Origin: Nitrospirales bacterium
Lineage (GTDB): Bacteria > Nitrospirota > Nitrospiria > Nitrospirales > UBA8639
Direction of reading: 5' to 3'
NCBI GenBank assembly: GCA_965203295.1
Contig: CBDBCZ010000018.1
Location: 288,001 to 352,000, forward strand
Length of the DNA: 64,000 nucleotides
Shown here: positions 25,789 through 37,891 of the stretch, piece after piece
Numbering within the stretch: position 1 is the stretch's first letter
Layout of the letters: each line of letters starts with the position of its first letter
Notes under the pieces: generated by a model
Database searches by the model: none
Told to the model about the DNA's origin: nothing
What the model saw: only the letters and a program-made list of their open reading frames with translations
Program-made: the position numbers and the translations under genes

Positions 25789-27557
25789 TTAGGCCGTCGA
25801 TGAGCTACCCCATGGTTCTGGCAAGAGCTCGGCCATGTCTACGAATTGCCAGGTGCGAATTTTCTCGGCAACCTTTTCTGAGACCGGGGATAAGCCTTCT
25901 CCCATGTAGATGCTAGCGCAGCCTAATGCCACTGATGTCCCCGCTGTGGGAAGCGCCTCAACGTCGGTAACCATCGTTTGAGCTGGGACCACCAATGGTG
26001 AGGTTGAGCCATTATTTGGCGCATCTGGGATTTGAGGCAAGACTGGAATGCCTGACAGGGCAGGTAGTTGGGGCATTGAACCGAGTATTTCTCCTATAGG
26101 ATAAGCATGGAATATGGGCTTAAGTTACCACATGCTTGCGTGCATATCCCATAATGCTTGAGGTGACCCTGTGCTGGGTTCTATACTTAATTGTATTGTT
26201 TTATTTATTTATTTTTAATTATCTATTTAGTTATAGTTATTACTTAATTACTTGTTTCGATTGACTTAAGAGCTGGGTTCTGCAAAGCTTCACGCAACCC
26301 AAGTGCTGGGTTTTTCGACGTTTCAAGCGACCCAATTGCTGGGTTCTGCGATGCTTCGAGCGACCCAAGTACTGGTTCTGCAATGTTTCAAGCGACCCAA
26401 TTGCTGGGTTCTGCCATGCTTCAAGCGACCCAAGTGCCGGGTTCTGCAATGCTTCAAGCGACCCAAGTGCCGGGTTCTGCAATGTTTCAAGCGACCCAAG
26501 TGCCGGGTTCTGCAATGCTTCAAGCGACCCAAGTGCCTGGTTCTGCAGTGATTCAAATGACCCAAGTGCTGGGTTCTGCAGTGATTCAAGCGACCCAAGT
26601 GCTGGGTTCTGCAATGCTTCAAGCGACCCAAGTGCCGGGTTCTGCAATGCTTCAAGCGACCCAAGTGCCGGGTTCTGCAATGCTTCAAGTGACCCGAGTG
26701 CCGGGTTCTGCAATGCTTCAAGCGACCCAAGTGCCGGGTTCTGCAATGCTTCAAGCGACCCAAGTGCTGGGTTTTGCAATGCTTCAAGCGACCCAAGTGC
26801 CAGGTTTACGCTCCTGCAGTGGAGGCAACCTCTACTGCTTACGCTCTTTGTATAAGTGAACCCCCCCTCGTTGCCACACTAAGTGGGCAACGCAGGCGAG
26901 GTTCGTCATCCCGGAACTCTCTAGGGCTCGGGAGAAAGGTAAGCTTAAACGCGACCGTGCCCGCCTTGATTTATGTACTCACCGGCCTGTCCGGCACTCG
27001 CTGTGGTCCCTGGGGCCGGTATCCGGGTTTCCAGTGCTTTCTGCACTGCCCGCCTGACTGCTTCCTCAATGGATTGCTGTAGGCGCAGGTCTGCCACTGC
27101 TGCGACGAGCGCTGCGTCTGCAACCCCTGTGGCGAGCGCTGGGTCTTCTTCTTGGTGGTCGGGTTCTCCTTGCTGGTGGTGTTGCTCTGCCATAGTCTGC
27201 TCGCTCGGTAACACTGCCAAGTCTTGCTCGCTCGGTAACACTGCTAAGTCTTACTCGCTCGATAACACTGCTAAGTCTCGCTCGCTCGGTAACGGAAGGA
27301 AGGTTAAGTTTCTCGCTCGTCCAACTCTTGCTCTCCCACCTTGGCTTTACCGTCTTGCTTCACTTTGCGCGGGCTGACAGCATCCTGTCCCAGGGTCCTG
27401 TGACAAGGTGTTGGCGCCGGCCCCCTCTGAGTCCCAGGGAAGTGTTGGCGGCGGCCTCTCATGACTCGGTTCCGCGCTTGAGGACGGGACCGTGACCTGG
27501 CCCGGAATGTGGCTTATCAACCACCCTTACATTAACCTAGGTTAAATGTACCATTTA
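25789..27557 (-). mobile_element. 5' fragment of a DIRS/Ngaro-like tyrosine-recombinase retrotransposon (gag-like)
   Basis: ORF 25789..26076 IYMGEGLSPVSEKVAEKIRTWQFVDMAELLPE resembles the conserved gag-like segment of invertebrate DIRS/Ngaro elements; upstream GC-rich ORF 26945..27241; ttaacc-rich end near 27530-27560. Confidence 0.6.
26272..26805. repeat. 33-bp minisatellite, ~16 copies
   Basis: Unit ctgggttctgcaatgcttcaagcgacccaagtg; explains the 11-aa repeat ORFs. Confidence 0.95.
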
Positions 27558-27566
27558 ACCTTCACC

Positions 27567-27845
27567 CTATGGCGCCTGAAAACTTCTGGCAGGTGCTGTG
27601 CATATTCTAGGTTCTCTGTTTATGCAGAGAGGCCATACAACTCCCATGCATGATTGCATGTTTCCACAGCAACTTACTGAGGTAGTTGATGTGTTCTGTT
27701 TGCCATCCAGAGTATTGTAGGTAGTGAGAATACACTAAGCTGTATATTCTCACGAGTAACATGAAACAAGCGTACACTTGTGTTGGAACAATGCCTGCCA
27801 GAACCACAGGAGCAACAATAGCGAACCTGTTGAACTCCTCTGGCT
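27567..27845 (-). mobile_element. Fragment of CACTA family 1 transposase
   Basis: VLAGIVPTQVYACFMLLVRIYSLVYSHYLQYSGWQ; matches 20808-21080. Confidence 0.85.
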
Positions 27846-27899
27846 TTAAATGTAGGGTATGTAAAATGACACAGGAAATTAGAGACTTCTACATGTATG

Positions 27900-28112
27900 C
27901 ACTGTTAAAAATTGGGTGTTAGCCCAGCACCCCATCCAGCACTTCTTCTACAGAGGGTGTCACTGCAACACCCCCGATGTGCTAGAGGGTGCTGCTCCTA
28001 CATCCTATGGGGTGCTGGAGGTGTAAATTGGTGTGAGTTCTCACATTCAGCACCCCATAGTGCTGCTGCAGCACCCACACCACTTTTATACACCCCAAAG
28101 GGTGTTGGAACC
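27900..28112. mobile_element. Probable CACTA-type terminus with subterminal repeats
   Basis: CACTGTTAAAAA followed by repeated acaccc/gggtgt/gcaccc motifs; no matching partner terminus found. Confidence 0.5.
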
Positions 28113-28793
28113 ATACGATGGTGGGACTCTACATGTATACATAGCTTTCAATAGCGCTGAAGGATACATGCACGTTATAAACAAACCACCGTCAGATAGC
28201 AGCCACTGAAGAAGGCATGGGAGGTTCCGAATATGAGCCTGTCTGCCACTAGGCCCCATAGATATACACTTATTACTAATTCACCCCGCTGTAGCCGGGT
28301 ACACTGCAGTGCAGCAAAGTCCACACCTTCAGGATTGATGGCACTGGACTTTGCTAGTATCTATACCATAGATCATGTCTATGCAACATACATAGCAAGG
28401 TAGCAAGGTACGCAGGCCCCACCCACCCCGCCGGCCGTATGAGGCTAATCTTTATGTGGGCGAGGCCTCAACAGGAAGTTATCATTAGTGCCCTTTGACC
28501 CTAGCGCTACGTGAGATACATCAAACCAGAGGTAGGGCGTGGGCCTGGGCTAGGTACCGGTATAACTGTTTAAAGTATGCTATGATGAACATTCAAGGGC
28601 TGGGCTGTGATATTAAATGGAATCTGATGCTCATCATGCTCTCTCAAATCATTTCTTGCCATCACAGATTCTTTTGTGGGAATGTGAATCTTGCTGCTGA
28701 CGGTGAGCAACTGTAGAATGTACGAAACTGGCCTTATTCTCTAGCTTCAAAAAAACTCAACGAAATATTCCCGCATGAGGGCTAATCAGAAAC

Positions 28794-30300
28794 TGTTCCA
28801 CCCTCACCCCAATATAATGGATTAGTAGCGTCCTCCCCTGAATGTTGTTGTAACGATGCATGGCTGTGATCGAGGATGTGTGAGTTTTCCATTTTCCCTT
28901 TTCGGTAAAGTCTCAGTAGCTTATTAAAGCTCACATTCCCCTACTAGGAGGAAGCCCCCTCAAAACCAGTTAATTTGTTCCATCCTCACCCCAATATACT
29001 GGATTGGTAGTAGAGTCCTCCCCTGAATGTTGTAACGATGGCTGTGATTGAGGATGTGAAAGTATTCCGTTTTCCCTTTTCGGTAAAGTCTCAGTAGCTT
29101 ATTAACTCATTGCACGCCGTACGCCACTTAACTGGATATTACGTAATCCTTCCGCTACGCCACACGCCACTATAGTGGCTTTAGAAACGGCAAGTTAACT
29201 GTACGGCCAGGAGGGGCAACCCCTTCCTTTATTAGCCATAAAATTGAATAGAGTGATTACTAATAATGATGTAAGTGTGCCGAAAGTCGATCTAATCTGT
29301 AATAGAACGGATACATACGGCAAAATATACAACCGATCAAGACGATTAGCTACGGCTACCTACACTGCTACACAGTTAGTTAGGCTTTGTAGTCAACTTC
29401 ATTGGCAGATACGATGGTAACTGGTTCAGGAGAGAGACGGGGGCTTCAGCAGGATCGTCAATCTTTGCTGCCTGAGCGTGAAGACCACAGTACCGTGTCG
29501 AACTTACCGTGCATCGGGTTATCGATCCTGAATCCCTTCTTGGTTCCAATCCGCTGCCCTTTTTGCCTTCAATGGCTGTAGCTGGTAGTCTTCCAACGAA
29601 TACGACACAAAATTCGCTGGATACTTGACTTGGTAAGCATAAAAATAGCCATACGCTGTACTAAAACTTTTAGTACGCCATTTTTGTAGAAACTGTGGCG
29701 TGGAGCATCACGCGTGTGACGTAATTACGGCGTGCAATGAGTTAAAGCTCACATTCCCCTACTAGGAGGAAGCCCCCTTAAAACCAGTTAATTTGTTCCA
29801 CCCTCACCCCAATATACTGGATTGGTAGTAGAATCCTACCCTGAATGTTGTTGTAACGATGGCTGTGATTGAGGATGTGTAAGTATTCCGTTTTCCCTTT
29901 TCGGTAAAGTCTCAGTAGCTTATTAAAGCTCACATTCCCCTACTAGGAGGAAGCCTCCTCAAAACCAGTTAATTTGTTCCACCCTCACCCCAATATACTG
30001 GATTGGTAGTAGAATCCTCCCCTGAATGTTGTTGTAACGATGGCTGTGATTGAGGATGTGTAAGTATTCCGTAATTTGTTCCACCCTCACCCCAATATAC
30101 TGGATTGGTAGTAGAATCCTCCCCTGAATGTTGTTGTAACGATGGCTGTGATTGAGGATGTGTAAGTATTCCGTTTTCCCTTTTCGGTAAAGTCTCAGTA
30201 GCTTGTTAAAGCTCACATTCCCTAGGAGGAAGCCCCCTCAAAATCAGTTAATTTGTTCCACCCTCACCCCAATATACTGGATTGGTAGTAGAGTCCTCCT
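28794..30300. repeat. ~181-bp tandem repeat interrupted by a MITE
   Basis: tgttccaccctcaccccaatatactggattgg... at 28794, 28976, 29794, 29975, 30078 and 30254. Confidence 0.93.
29106..29741. mobile_element. piggyBac-like non-autonomous element, 636 bp, TTAA TSD
   Basis: 16-bp perfect TIR CTCATTGCACGCCGTA, TTAA on both sides; neighbouring repeat units show the empty site agcttaTTAAagctcac. Confidence 0.92.
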
Positions 30301-31845
30301 CTAATCGAATGCTATATATGTTAACGTTCTGGGCAGGTATGGGTGAGGGTGTGAAAGTATGGTTAGCTATACATAGTAGTTAATAGTTTATTCTGTGTCA
30401 TTTTGCAGGTGGAGTTAAATGGCTCATACGTGCCAGGACCGGTTTGCTGGCAGTGATGGTCAGCTAGTACACCAGGGACGATACAATGTAGAAGGGACAT
30501 GGTATAGTACCTGATGCTCAATCCAGCTGTTTATACTGGTACATTTGTACTGTATGTAGCTTGTAGGTTGCTGTTCATGCAGCCTTATGAATCTGTACAT
30601 GTATATATCATGACCTGTTTTTAAGTCCGTGCATCATGAATGCACTCTTCAGCGCTGCTGAGAAGGTATGGCTCATGCATGGGTTTCTTTGGTGCATGCA
30701 GTCATACACAGGAGCAACCACTCCTGATGGTGAATTTGCCAATTATTATATATTGGTTCAGCAAAGTTAATGATACTTGACAACTCAACAGCCCACAAAG
30801 CAGTGGATGGGAACTCAATGGTACATGTATTATGATGGAATTAATATTTAGTTCATTGCGGAATCATCATCAGCCTCATCCAGCTCTTCTACAACTAAGA
30901 CAGTCCAGCTGGTGCTGAGGTTTGGCTTCCTAAGGGCAAGTGGTAAATAAGGGTGAAAGTTCTTAATTACATGGCATCTGTACATGTGCTATCATAGATA
31001 GTAGAGTAGAAGATAGTAGAGTCCTTCTACTCTACTATCTACGGTACTATTCTGTAGCAGCATGTATAATAATGGGAACTCAATACACTAACATGCCAGC
31101 TTAAAACTCTTTTCCGGCCTAGTCACAAGGCTGAAATGAATTTATGCTGGCCTTATATTTGGCATTAACATAAAGTACACGTACATTTTTTCCATTCTGT
31201 ATTCCGGCACATAAATGTACCCAAAGAGTTAAATAATAGTGTGTTACAAAAGGATCATACCCAAAATTGCCATTCATCCTCTTCCTCGTCGTCCTCGAAA
31301 TCACTGCCGGGTGGAGGATGCTAAATGAGAATAAATTGGTTTCAAAAATTGGCTTTCTCCAATATGACATTACACAGGGATCATACCCAAATTTCTTCTC
31401 CACTCTCCTCTCCTTCATCGTCTTCTTCCAAGTCTAAATCACCATCATAGGCATCATCTGTTTGCCACTCACCATCGATCTCCTCCCACTCACTCTCCTC
31501 CTGTATGGTAGAGTGGGCACCATACAACTGGACTCACGCACAAGCTGTGCATGACACAACATTCACTTACAGCCAGTACTGTGGACTAACCTCGGAGTCC
31601 GTAAAAGATGTAGGGATAAGCATAGCAATAATCTGGAAAGAGATGGTTGACAGAACCGTATCTATATGCAGCTACCAGCCTGAAATCTATAGTGCATACA
31701 TGCTCCTTACCTTTCGTAACACGTGGTTCTTTATTAACAGTTCTTTTGTGTACGAGAGAAAGCAGTGGCGGTCAATCAATGCCATCTTCACAGTTATTAC
31801 AGCGAAAGTTTCTAATGAGTGCGCACTAGCATGCACCACCTGGTC

Positions 31846-31968
31846 AGTCTCGTGCCCAGACCGTCGCTCAGCGACGGTCTGGGCACGAGACTACCGGTCG
31901 AACCACGTACTCGATTACTACGCGGATAGCCTCGTTCCCAGGCCACGCATGGCCTGGGAACGAGGCTA
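31846..31968. repeat. Two short palindromic MITE-like repeats
   Basis: agtctcgtgcccagaccgtcgct-c-agcgacggtctgggcacgagact (31846-31892) and tagcctcgttcccaggcca-cgca-tggcctgggaacgaggcta (31927-31968). Confidence 0.88.
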
Positions 31969-32164
31969 CGTATCCGCGGATTTGAATATTTAACCCGATT
32001 TCGACGTCTAACTTCAAGTTCTCAAATGTAACCCTTTCAGCCAGAGGGATTATAATGACTGACAGCTCTGACACACTTATAGAAATAGAATTGATATAGA
32101 TTTACGGTTGAATCAAATTTGATATTTGGCATACACAATAACGTCATGATCGAGCAGTACATTA

Positions 32165-35100
32165 TTATATTTGTAAAGTGCCATGAATGTGGTACTTCAT
32201 GACCACTACTTGTTTTACAGTGCTGCTTGAGGTGATGGTTCGAACATGCACCGGGTGAGGGTTGCATAGCTCTCCTATTTCAACAAGTTTGTACGTTGTA
32301 GTGCATGAAATGGTGAAGGCATGATAGTGGCTATCGAATTCCTCTGTTACACATAGTCTCACTCTGAACAGTACCCTGTTGTTGTCGACAACATATATTC
32401 CCTGAAGTAGGCCAAGCTGAGGATAGTCGTCTTCAACAGCGACGAGAAGGGCACTGGGTTTCTTGTATGTTATTCCCGTAATCTTCACCCACTTCGCTCT
32501 ATATGAAGAGATAAAATGTTTCAGTCAGCATGGAAATGCTAAATGTATCAGTTAACCCTTTGGCTTCCGAGAGCGCCAAATGGCGCTCTTAAAATGCCTT
32601 GTCTTATCAGCCACGTAGTACGCAGCAGCCACAACGATCATATCCTGTTTACTTTGCGTATGTATTGACCTCTGTACTGATATATATTTAATCAATATTC
32701 ATAGCTTTCTGTACAAATATAGCAACCACAAAAATGTCGCTCTCGTGCGCTATTGCGCTAGTCCACGTGGTAACTTGTCTGGTCGGTGCTGCCTTCTGGT
32801 CTTCTCAGTTTCTGTAGGTTCTCTATGTCTGTAACCCGTCTGTGCATCTCCAGAGCCTATTCTATGCTGTAGCTACTGCCTATCAGTCATCATACTCGGT
32901 GCTTTAGTGAACTATCCTGCTGAGCCAAAAAATCACAAATTTACAACGCGTTTACAAGTCACGTGACCTAACACGTGTTTCCATGGCAACGCATTGTGCC
33001 TAGCGCCTCAGGGGATTTCCCTCAGGGCATTCTGCTGTGCAGTAGGGCCTAGCAGGAGACAGTAATAATTCAGATTACTGGAGGTAAGCTCACAGACAAA
33101 AATAATATTTACAAATCTAGGAAGCCAAAGGGTTAATTAACGGCAAGCCAGTAAAAGATTCTTCTCCCACCTGTAGCACTCTGTAGCTGCTTGTAACTCA
33201 TCTGGCTGATCACGAACTGCTACAGCATCACCTTCAGGAAGAACAGAGTAAAATACATGAAGTTATGTTAATTATGTCTAATATTAACTTACCAGGGCCG
33301 ACTTCTGGACTGTCTTCAAACAGGGCCTCTTGATTCAGGGAATAGTAGCATTGAAGTAGCTGATGTCGCATGGCAAGAGTCCAGCTAATATTGATGTAGT
33401 TGCCGATGTTTTGGGCCAGCTTCTTGAAGTAGTTATGCCTCGCCTCATAGCGCATGGTCCAGTGTCGCACCAGTGGCCCAAACCTAATGTAACCATTGAC
33501 TTTCTGTTACTCACACTGAATACATACATGTATATGCACATAAAGTCCAAGATTGTAATAGCAAAATGCATACTCGTAGTTTCAACTTACTCCATGATGA
33601 GACGAGGCATATGAAGCATGTAGTGCATTTTGGGAATGACACTGGCCTCAGGATAAATCTCTGTGAAGCTGGTGTGGTGGTCTCGGATGAGCACTTGGAG
33701 GTAGGCAACTTCATCCTGGGATATTTCTGGTGCCATGAGATAATCTGTAACCTGAAACCACACATTATGGAAACGGAATTGCAAATTGATGTTTATATGT
33801 ATAAGCAGAATAAAATAGGTTAAAAATAGGGAGGTACGTAGTAACAGAGATTTTAATACTGACCTGAAGCATCAAAAGGAAGTTATCGCGGTGGACATCC
33901 CCGATTGGTACGTGGTCTCCAACCATCAACGGGAGGAGACGAGCCAACGTCCACATTTGTGTTGCTAAAAACGTTAGAGAACAATGTATTATTGCTGCAT
34001 ACTATTCTATATGCAGGCTGGAATGGATTGATGATCCAGCAATACAATGCACCAGTGGAGGATCAGACATACCTTTCTGCTTGAGAGAGTTGGAGTCCCG
34101 AGCATATAGTGTCTTCGAAGGAATCGGTGCTGGTCGGTCAGTTTCCATGTAGCCCAGTTCCATCCCCTCTATTGCCTCATTGTGATCCGAGAAATGTCGC
34201 TTCTCCCTGCAATACTGGAGGAGAAGCTTGACCTCATACTGCAGTGCCCCCTCTAACACGTCGTGCATCACGTCAGGAAGGAGTGCCCCACTACACATGT
34301 CAAAGTACTGCAGGTCTAAGAGGATGCTCCTATGATTCACTCCTACATCTCGAGAGTTCTCAACATAGTCGTCCTCTTCATCCTCCAGTAGGGCACAATG
34401 TTCCAGATGCTGCGATTGACTGCGGAGCTCAAAGCAATCTTCCTCAAACTGTATAGATGACAACAAATTCAAAGAGGTACATGTACGTATAGGTAAAAGA
34501 TGTACATGTACGTATAGGTACACTCATTACACCATTCCAGGCAAATGACAAAAATACTATTCCATGTTATTATGTACACGAGTGGCTGTCTATATGAGAT
34601 TTCAGCACTAGTGAGCACTATTTAATTTTGTCACCATATATTGTCAAACAGAATCACTCACTTGTGTTGTAGTCTCATCAGCACTTCCTAGACACTGTCT
34701 GCAATGTCGGAGTGCAGAGGCCGACTCCTTGAATCCCCCCAGGGCATTACTTGCGGGATTGTCAGCCGAAACTACAGCAACAGTGCCACAAACATTGTAG
34801 GGGGCACTACTGACTGTCACCTCACAGCCTTGTTCCTGTATGTAAATATAGACTTACAATTAGCCTAACACTTCGTTGAAAATGTAAGGGTACAGGTGTG
34901 AATGTACTGTACTGAATACACACAGAAACATACCAACTTCTTGATGTCTTCCACGATAGGCTCAAGCACTTTGTTCAAGGTATACTTCTTGATGAATCGG
35001 CTTCGGCAAATAGCAACCAACTGGATGGCTCTGAGCTTGGACCGATACTTGGGAAGGAGGTTTCCCAGAAGAAAGTAGAACATTCCTACAAAAATGAAAG

Positions 35101-36465
35101 AACAGCTATTACGAAGGCTTTAGTAACATAATTGCGAGACAACTTACCAACTTTGTGCTTTGTACGACTTGACCCCAGAGGATTGCAGACTTCCACATCA
35201 TCGTAATAAAACAAAAGCTGCAAAGCATTCGTAGAAACTGCAAACAGGCGGTGGGAACGAAACTGCCGGCCATCACAGAAATCCTTCAGGACACCAGGTT
35301 CAGTGCTCTGGTGGCCTCTCTCTATCTATAGAATAAACCATTATATCTTCAAGTACGTGCAGATAGCACAATCAGATCAATTCTGGTGGGCTTCAATTAG
35401 AATAAAAACCGCTAGTACACTTGGCTACAATATGTAGAGGAAAGGTTACACAACTATCAAACTCAATAGCAAGCAAAGAGTCTGGTGGGCTATAATTCAA
35501 ATAAAAACCACTAATATACTTGGCCATGTACAAGCACAATATGTAAAGAGGAAAGGTTACGCAACTATCATATAGGTACATTTTCAATAGCTGCAATGTA
35601 CTTACCTCTGCAAGTAAAGAGTCACTTTGCAAAAGAGACTCCAGTGACTCCAGGAGGGGAATGTAGATCATGCATTCATCCTGCTCCACCAGCCGTCTCT
35701 TTGATCCACATCCCACTCTCTTTCGTTTGCTGCCAAGCACTATCTTCTGTGGCTCCTATGTGTACAATAAAACCATTCAAATAATGCTGAACTCTCTAGA
35801 AGGAATTGAGCAAATTACCAAGGTATACAGTCATTACTCACCACTAGTCCAAAGTGCGAACGGAAATACTGAAGCTGCTGTGACTGCATTTGCAGACCTC
35901 GGAATATACTGCCAGGATTTGCTCTGACAAGTTCACCCCGAATTCTCTCAGCAATTTCCGATGAAACGCCGGCTTGCCGTAGTAGCAATTTAACTGCCTC
36001 GAGCAATTGACTATGAGCCACATGGAGTAGTGACTGCAAATCTGAAATAATTGCATCCATGACACTGAGGGGGATACGATGGCCTTCTCGTAGCTTCAAA
36101 ATCCACGTAGCTGCTGCTCTTTGCATCACCTCTTCAAACGGCTGTACAATTTCGCCACCTGTGGTACCATCAGCTTCATGAATGGGGACATCATCCAAAC
36201 TCCCCTCATCACCATCAAATACATCACTGCCTTGTCCGCTACCACCAGAGGCATCATCGGGCTCGTAAGCATCCAGGACTCCACAATCGTGATGTGAGTA
36301 CATGTGGCCGAGGTACGTTGACAGGGTCTTGAATGTCCTCTTGCATCCCTGAAGACTGCATTGGATGCTAAATGATGGATGGTCAGAGTGTGTCAATCGG
36401 TCATGTTTCAGTAGCATCCGGACCGTTTCGAATCGGGCACCAGGGCATAGTGGACAGGTAATCAT
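32165..36465 (-). CDS. Apparently intact 11-exon CACTA/EnSpm-like transposase with N-terminal C2H2 fingers, 833 aa (family 2)
   Basis: Exons 36465-35842, 35755-35606, 35325-35148, 35085-34934, 34835-34662, 34448-34073, 33964-33864, 33751-33591, 33483-33293, 33231-33171 and 32498-32165; all GT-AG, phases compatible, 2502 nt, no internal stop found. Motifs: YYDDVEVCNPLG, SADNPASNALGGFKES..CRQC, PDVMHDVLEG, PKMHY, GPLVRHWTMRYEARH. Confidence 0.88.
32556..33132. mobile_element. piggyBac-like MITE in intron 10 of the transposase, TTAA TSD
   Basis: TTAA-CCCTTTGGCTTCC ... GGAAGCCAAAGGG-TTAA. Confidence 0.9.
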
Positions 36466-36583
36466 CTCAGCACCTGATCAAAAGGCAGAAAAAAAAACAG
36501 GTATGAAACCAATTCCCAGGTACAATTTTTGCAGCTTGCTCTAATGTAAGGTAAGATGACCATGTATACTGACCCACTGTACC

Positions 36584-36991
36584 TTAAATGACGTGCTTTA
36601 TTTTAAAGTGGGACGCCAGTTTGAGTAACTCAGAGGTGACGGAGAGTCTACACACTTTCAGAGAGTATCTAATTTTACCAGTTCTCCACTGTATGCGATA
36701 GAAGTATTTTAAATCATCAGGCCGATGTACAACTCTGATTGTTGTTGCTTTTCTAATTCGTAAAGACAGAGTGTAGGGCTCATGTCTCTGGCTTGACACC
36801 AGCAACTTCATGACCAAATTAGCTGGTAATCCGTTCGTATCTGAGATTACTTCAAAGCTACAGCTAATAACAGTTCGAACAGTCTTGTTAACAATCTTCT
36901 TTATCCTTCTCCTCCCCCACTTCACTCTCACACGGACCGTACGCAATCTCATATTTATATCCTCCATTTTTAACTCAAAACCCAATACCAT
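36584..36991 (-). CDS. Basic (Arg/Lys-rich) hypothetical protein upstream of the transposase
   Basis: 135-aa non-repetitive ORF; its stop is followed by G|gtacag, and an acceptor lies 8 nt before the transposase ATG. Confidence 0.4.
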   Translation of the reverse strand: MVLGFELKMEDINMRLRTVRVRVKWGRRRIKKIVNKTVRTVISCSFEVISDTNGLPANLVMKLLVSSQRHEPYTLSLRIRKATTIRVVHRPDDLKYFYRIQWRTGKIRYSLKVCRLSVTSELLKLASHFKIKHVI

Positions 36992-37265
36992 TTTCTCACC
37001 TCGAAGGCAGACGGATCACCTGCACACAGCGCTGATGTCAGTTTCTAATTCTGAGTTTGCCGGTATGAAGTCAATCCAGTCTCGTACCATACCACATGCG
37101 CTATGATATGCATACGTACGTGCACCTGTAACTCACTCGAATCGTGAACTCGGCACGAGACTAAACTCTGATGTCACATGACAGTCACATGTCGTATGTA
37201 GTGACAGGATCCAGTATTGCATGCAGTGACAAGTGTGAGAAAGTCGAGGAGAAAGTCTTGAAGAC

Positions 37266-37517
37266 ATGGAGACCTGCAGCGACATCCAAGAGTATTCAGT
37301 AGATCAGCTCAGCGATTTCCTCCAAGATAAAGGGATAGGCGAAGACATTTTGTCGACTCTTCGAGAGAACCGCGTTGGAGGTGATGTGTTTCTGGAGCTT
37401 ACTGAGAGCGACTTGCGAGAGCTCGTTAAGCCTCTTGGAGAGTGGAAGGCCCTACAGAAGCTGATCAGTAGCTACAAACCTGTTGAGGCTGCATCCACTG
37501 GAATCGCCATGTCCTTG
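37266..37517 (+). CDS. First exon of a SAM-domain protein, divergent partner of the CACTA transposase; remainder lost or interrupted
   Basis: YSVDQLSDFLQDKGI...LRENRVGGDVFLELTESDLRELVKPLGEWKALQKLI is a SAM pattern; ends at a gtaagt donor. Confidence 0.78.
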
Positions 37518-37891
37518 GTAAGTGCGATGTGTTATTAGTGTATTAACTAAAACAGCTAACACTTCAATTTTAACACTACTATCGTTCGAAGTAATGCGCC
37601 TATCAATGGTAAGCCCCACCCCCCCAGTGCGGGGAGGGTGGGGCAAGGTAGGGGCTTTGACATAATTAAATTTCAATGTTCCCACCCACGGGACATTCCT
37701 CAGAATCAAAATCCCCTCTTTGTTCCCCCACGACACACACACACACACAGGTTATACTGCTGTGGTCCAGAATGTCCGACCTACCCTGTGACTGATGCCC
37801 AAGAATAATAATTATTAATTTTGAATGTCTGCCATTGAGATACATAAAAAAAAACAGTGCACTCACCATTCCACACACGTATAACAAACAG

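Noticed and set aside
26240..26859. Repeat-protein ORFs, or a CRISPR-sized 33-bp repeat
   Set aside because: Several frames on both strands are open simply because the unit is 33 bp; no spacers.
31380..31505. Acidic minus-strand stretch as a piggyBac transposase N-terminus
   Set aside because: Low complexity only; no downstream DDD motifs found.
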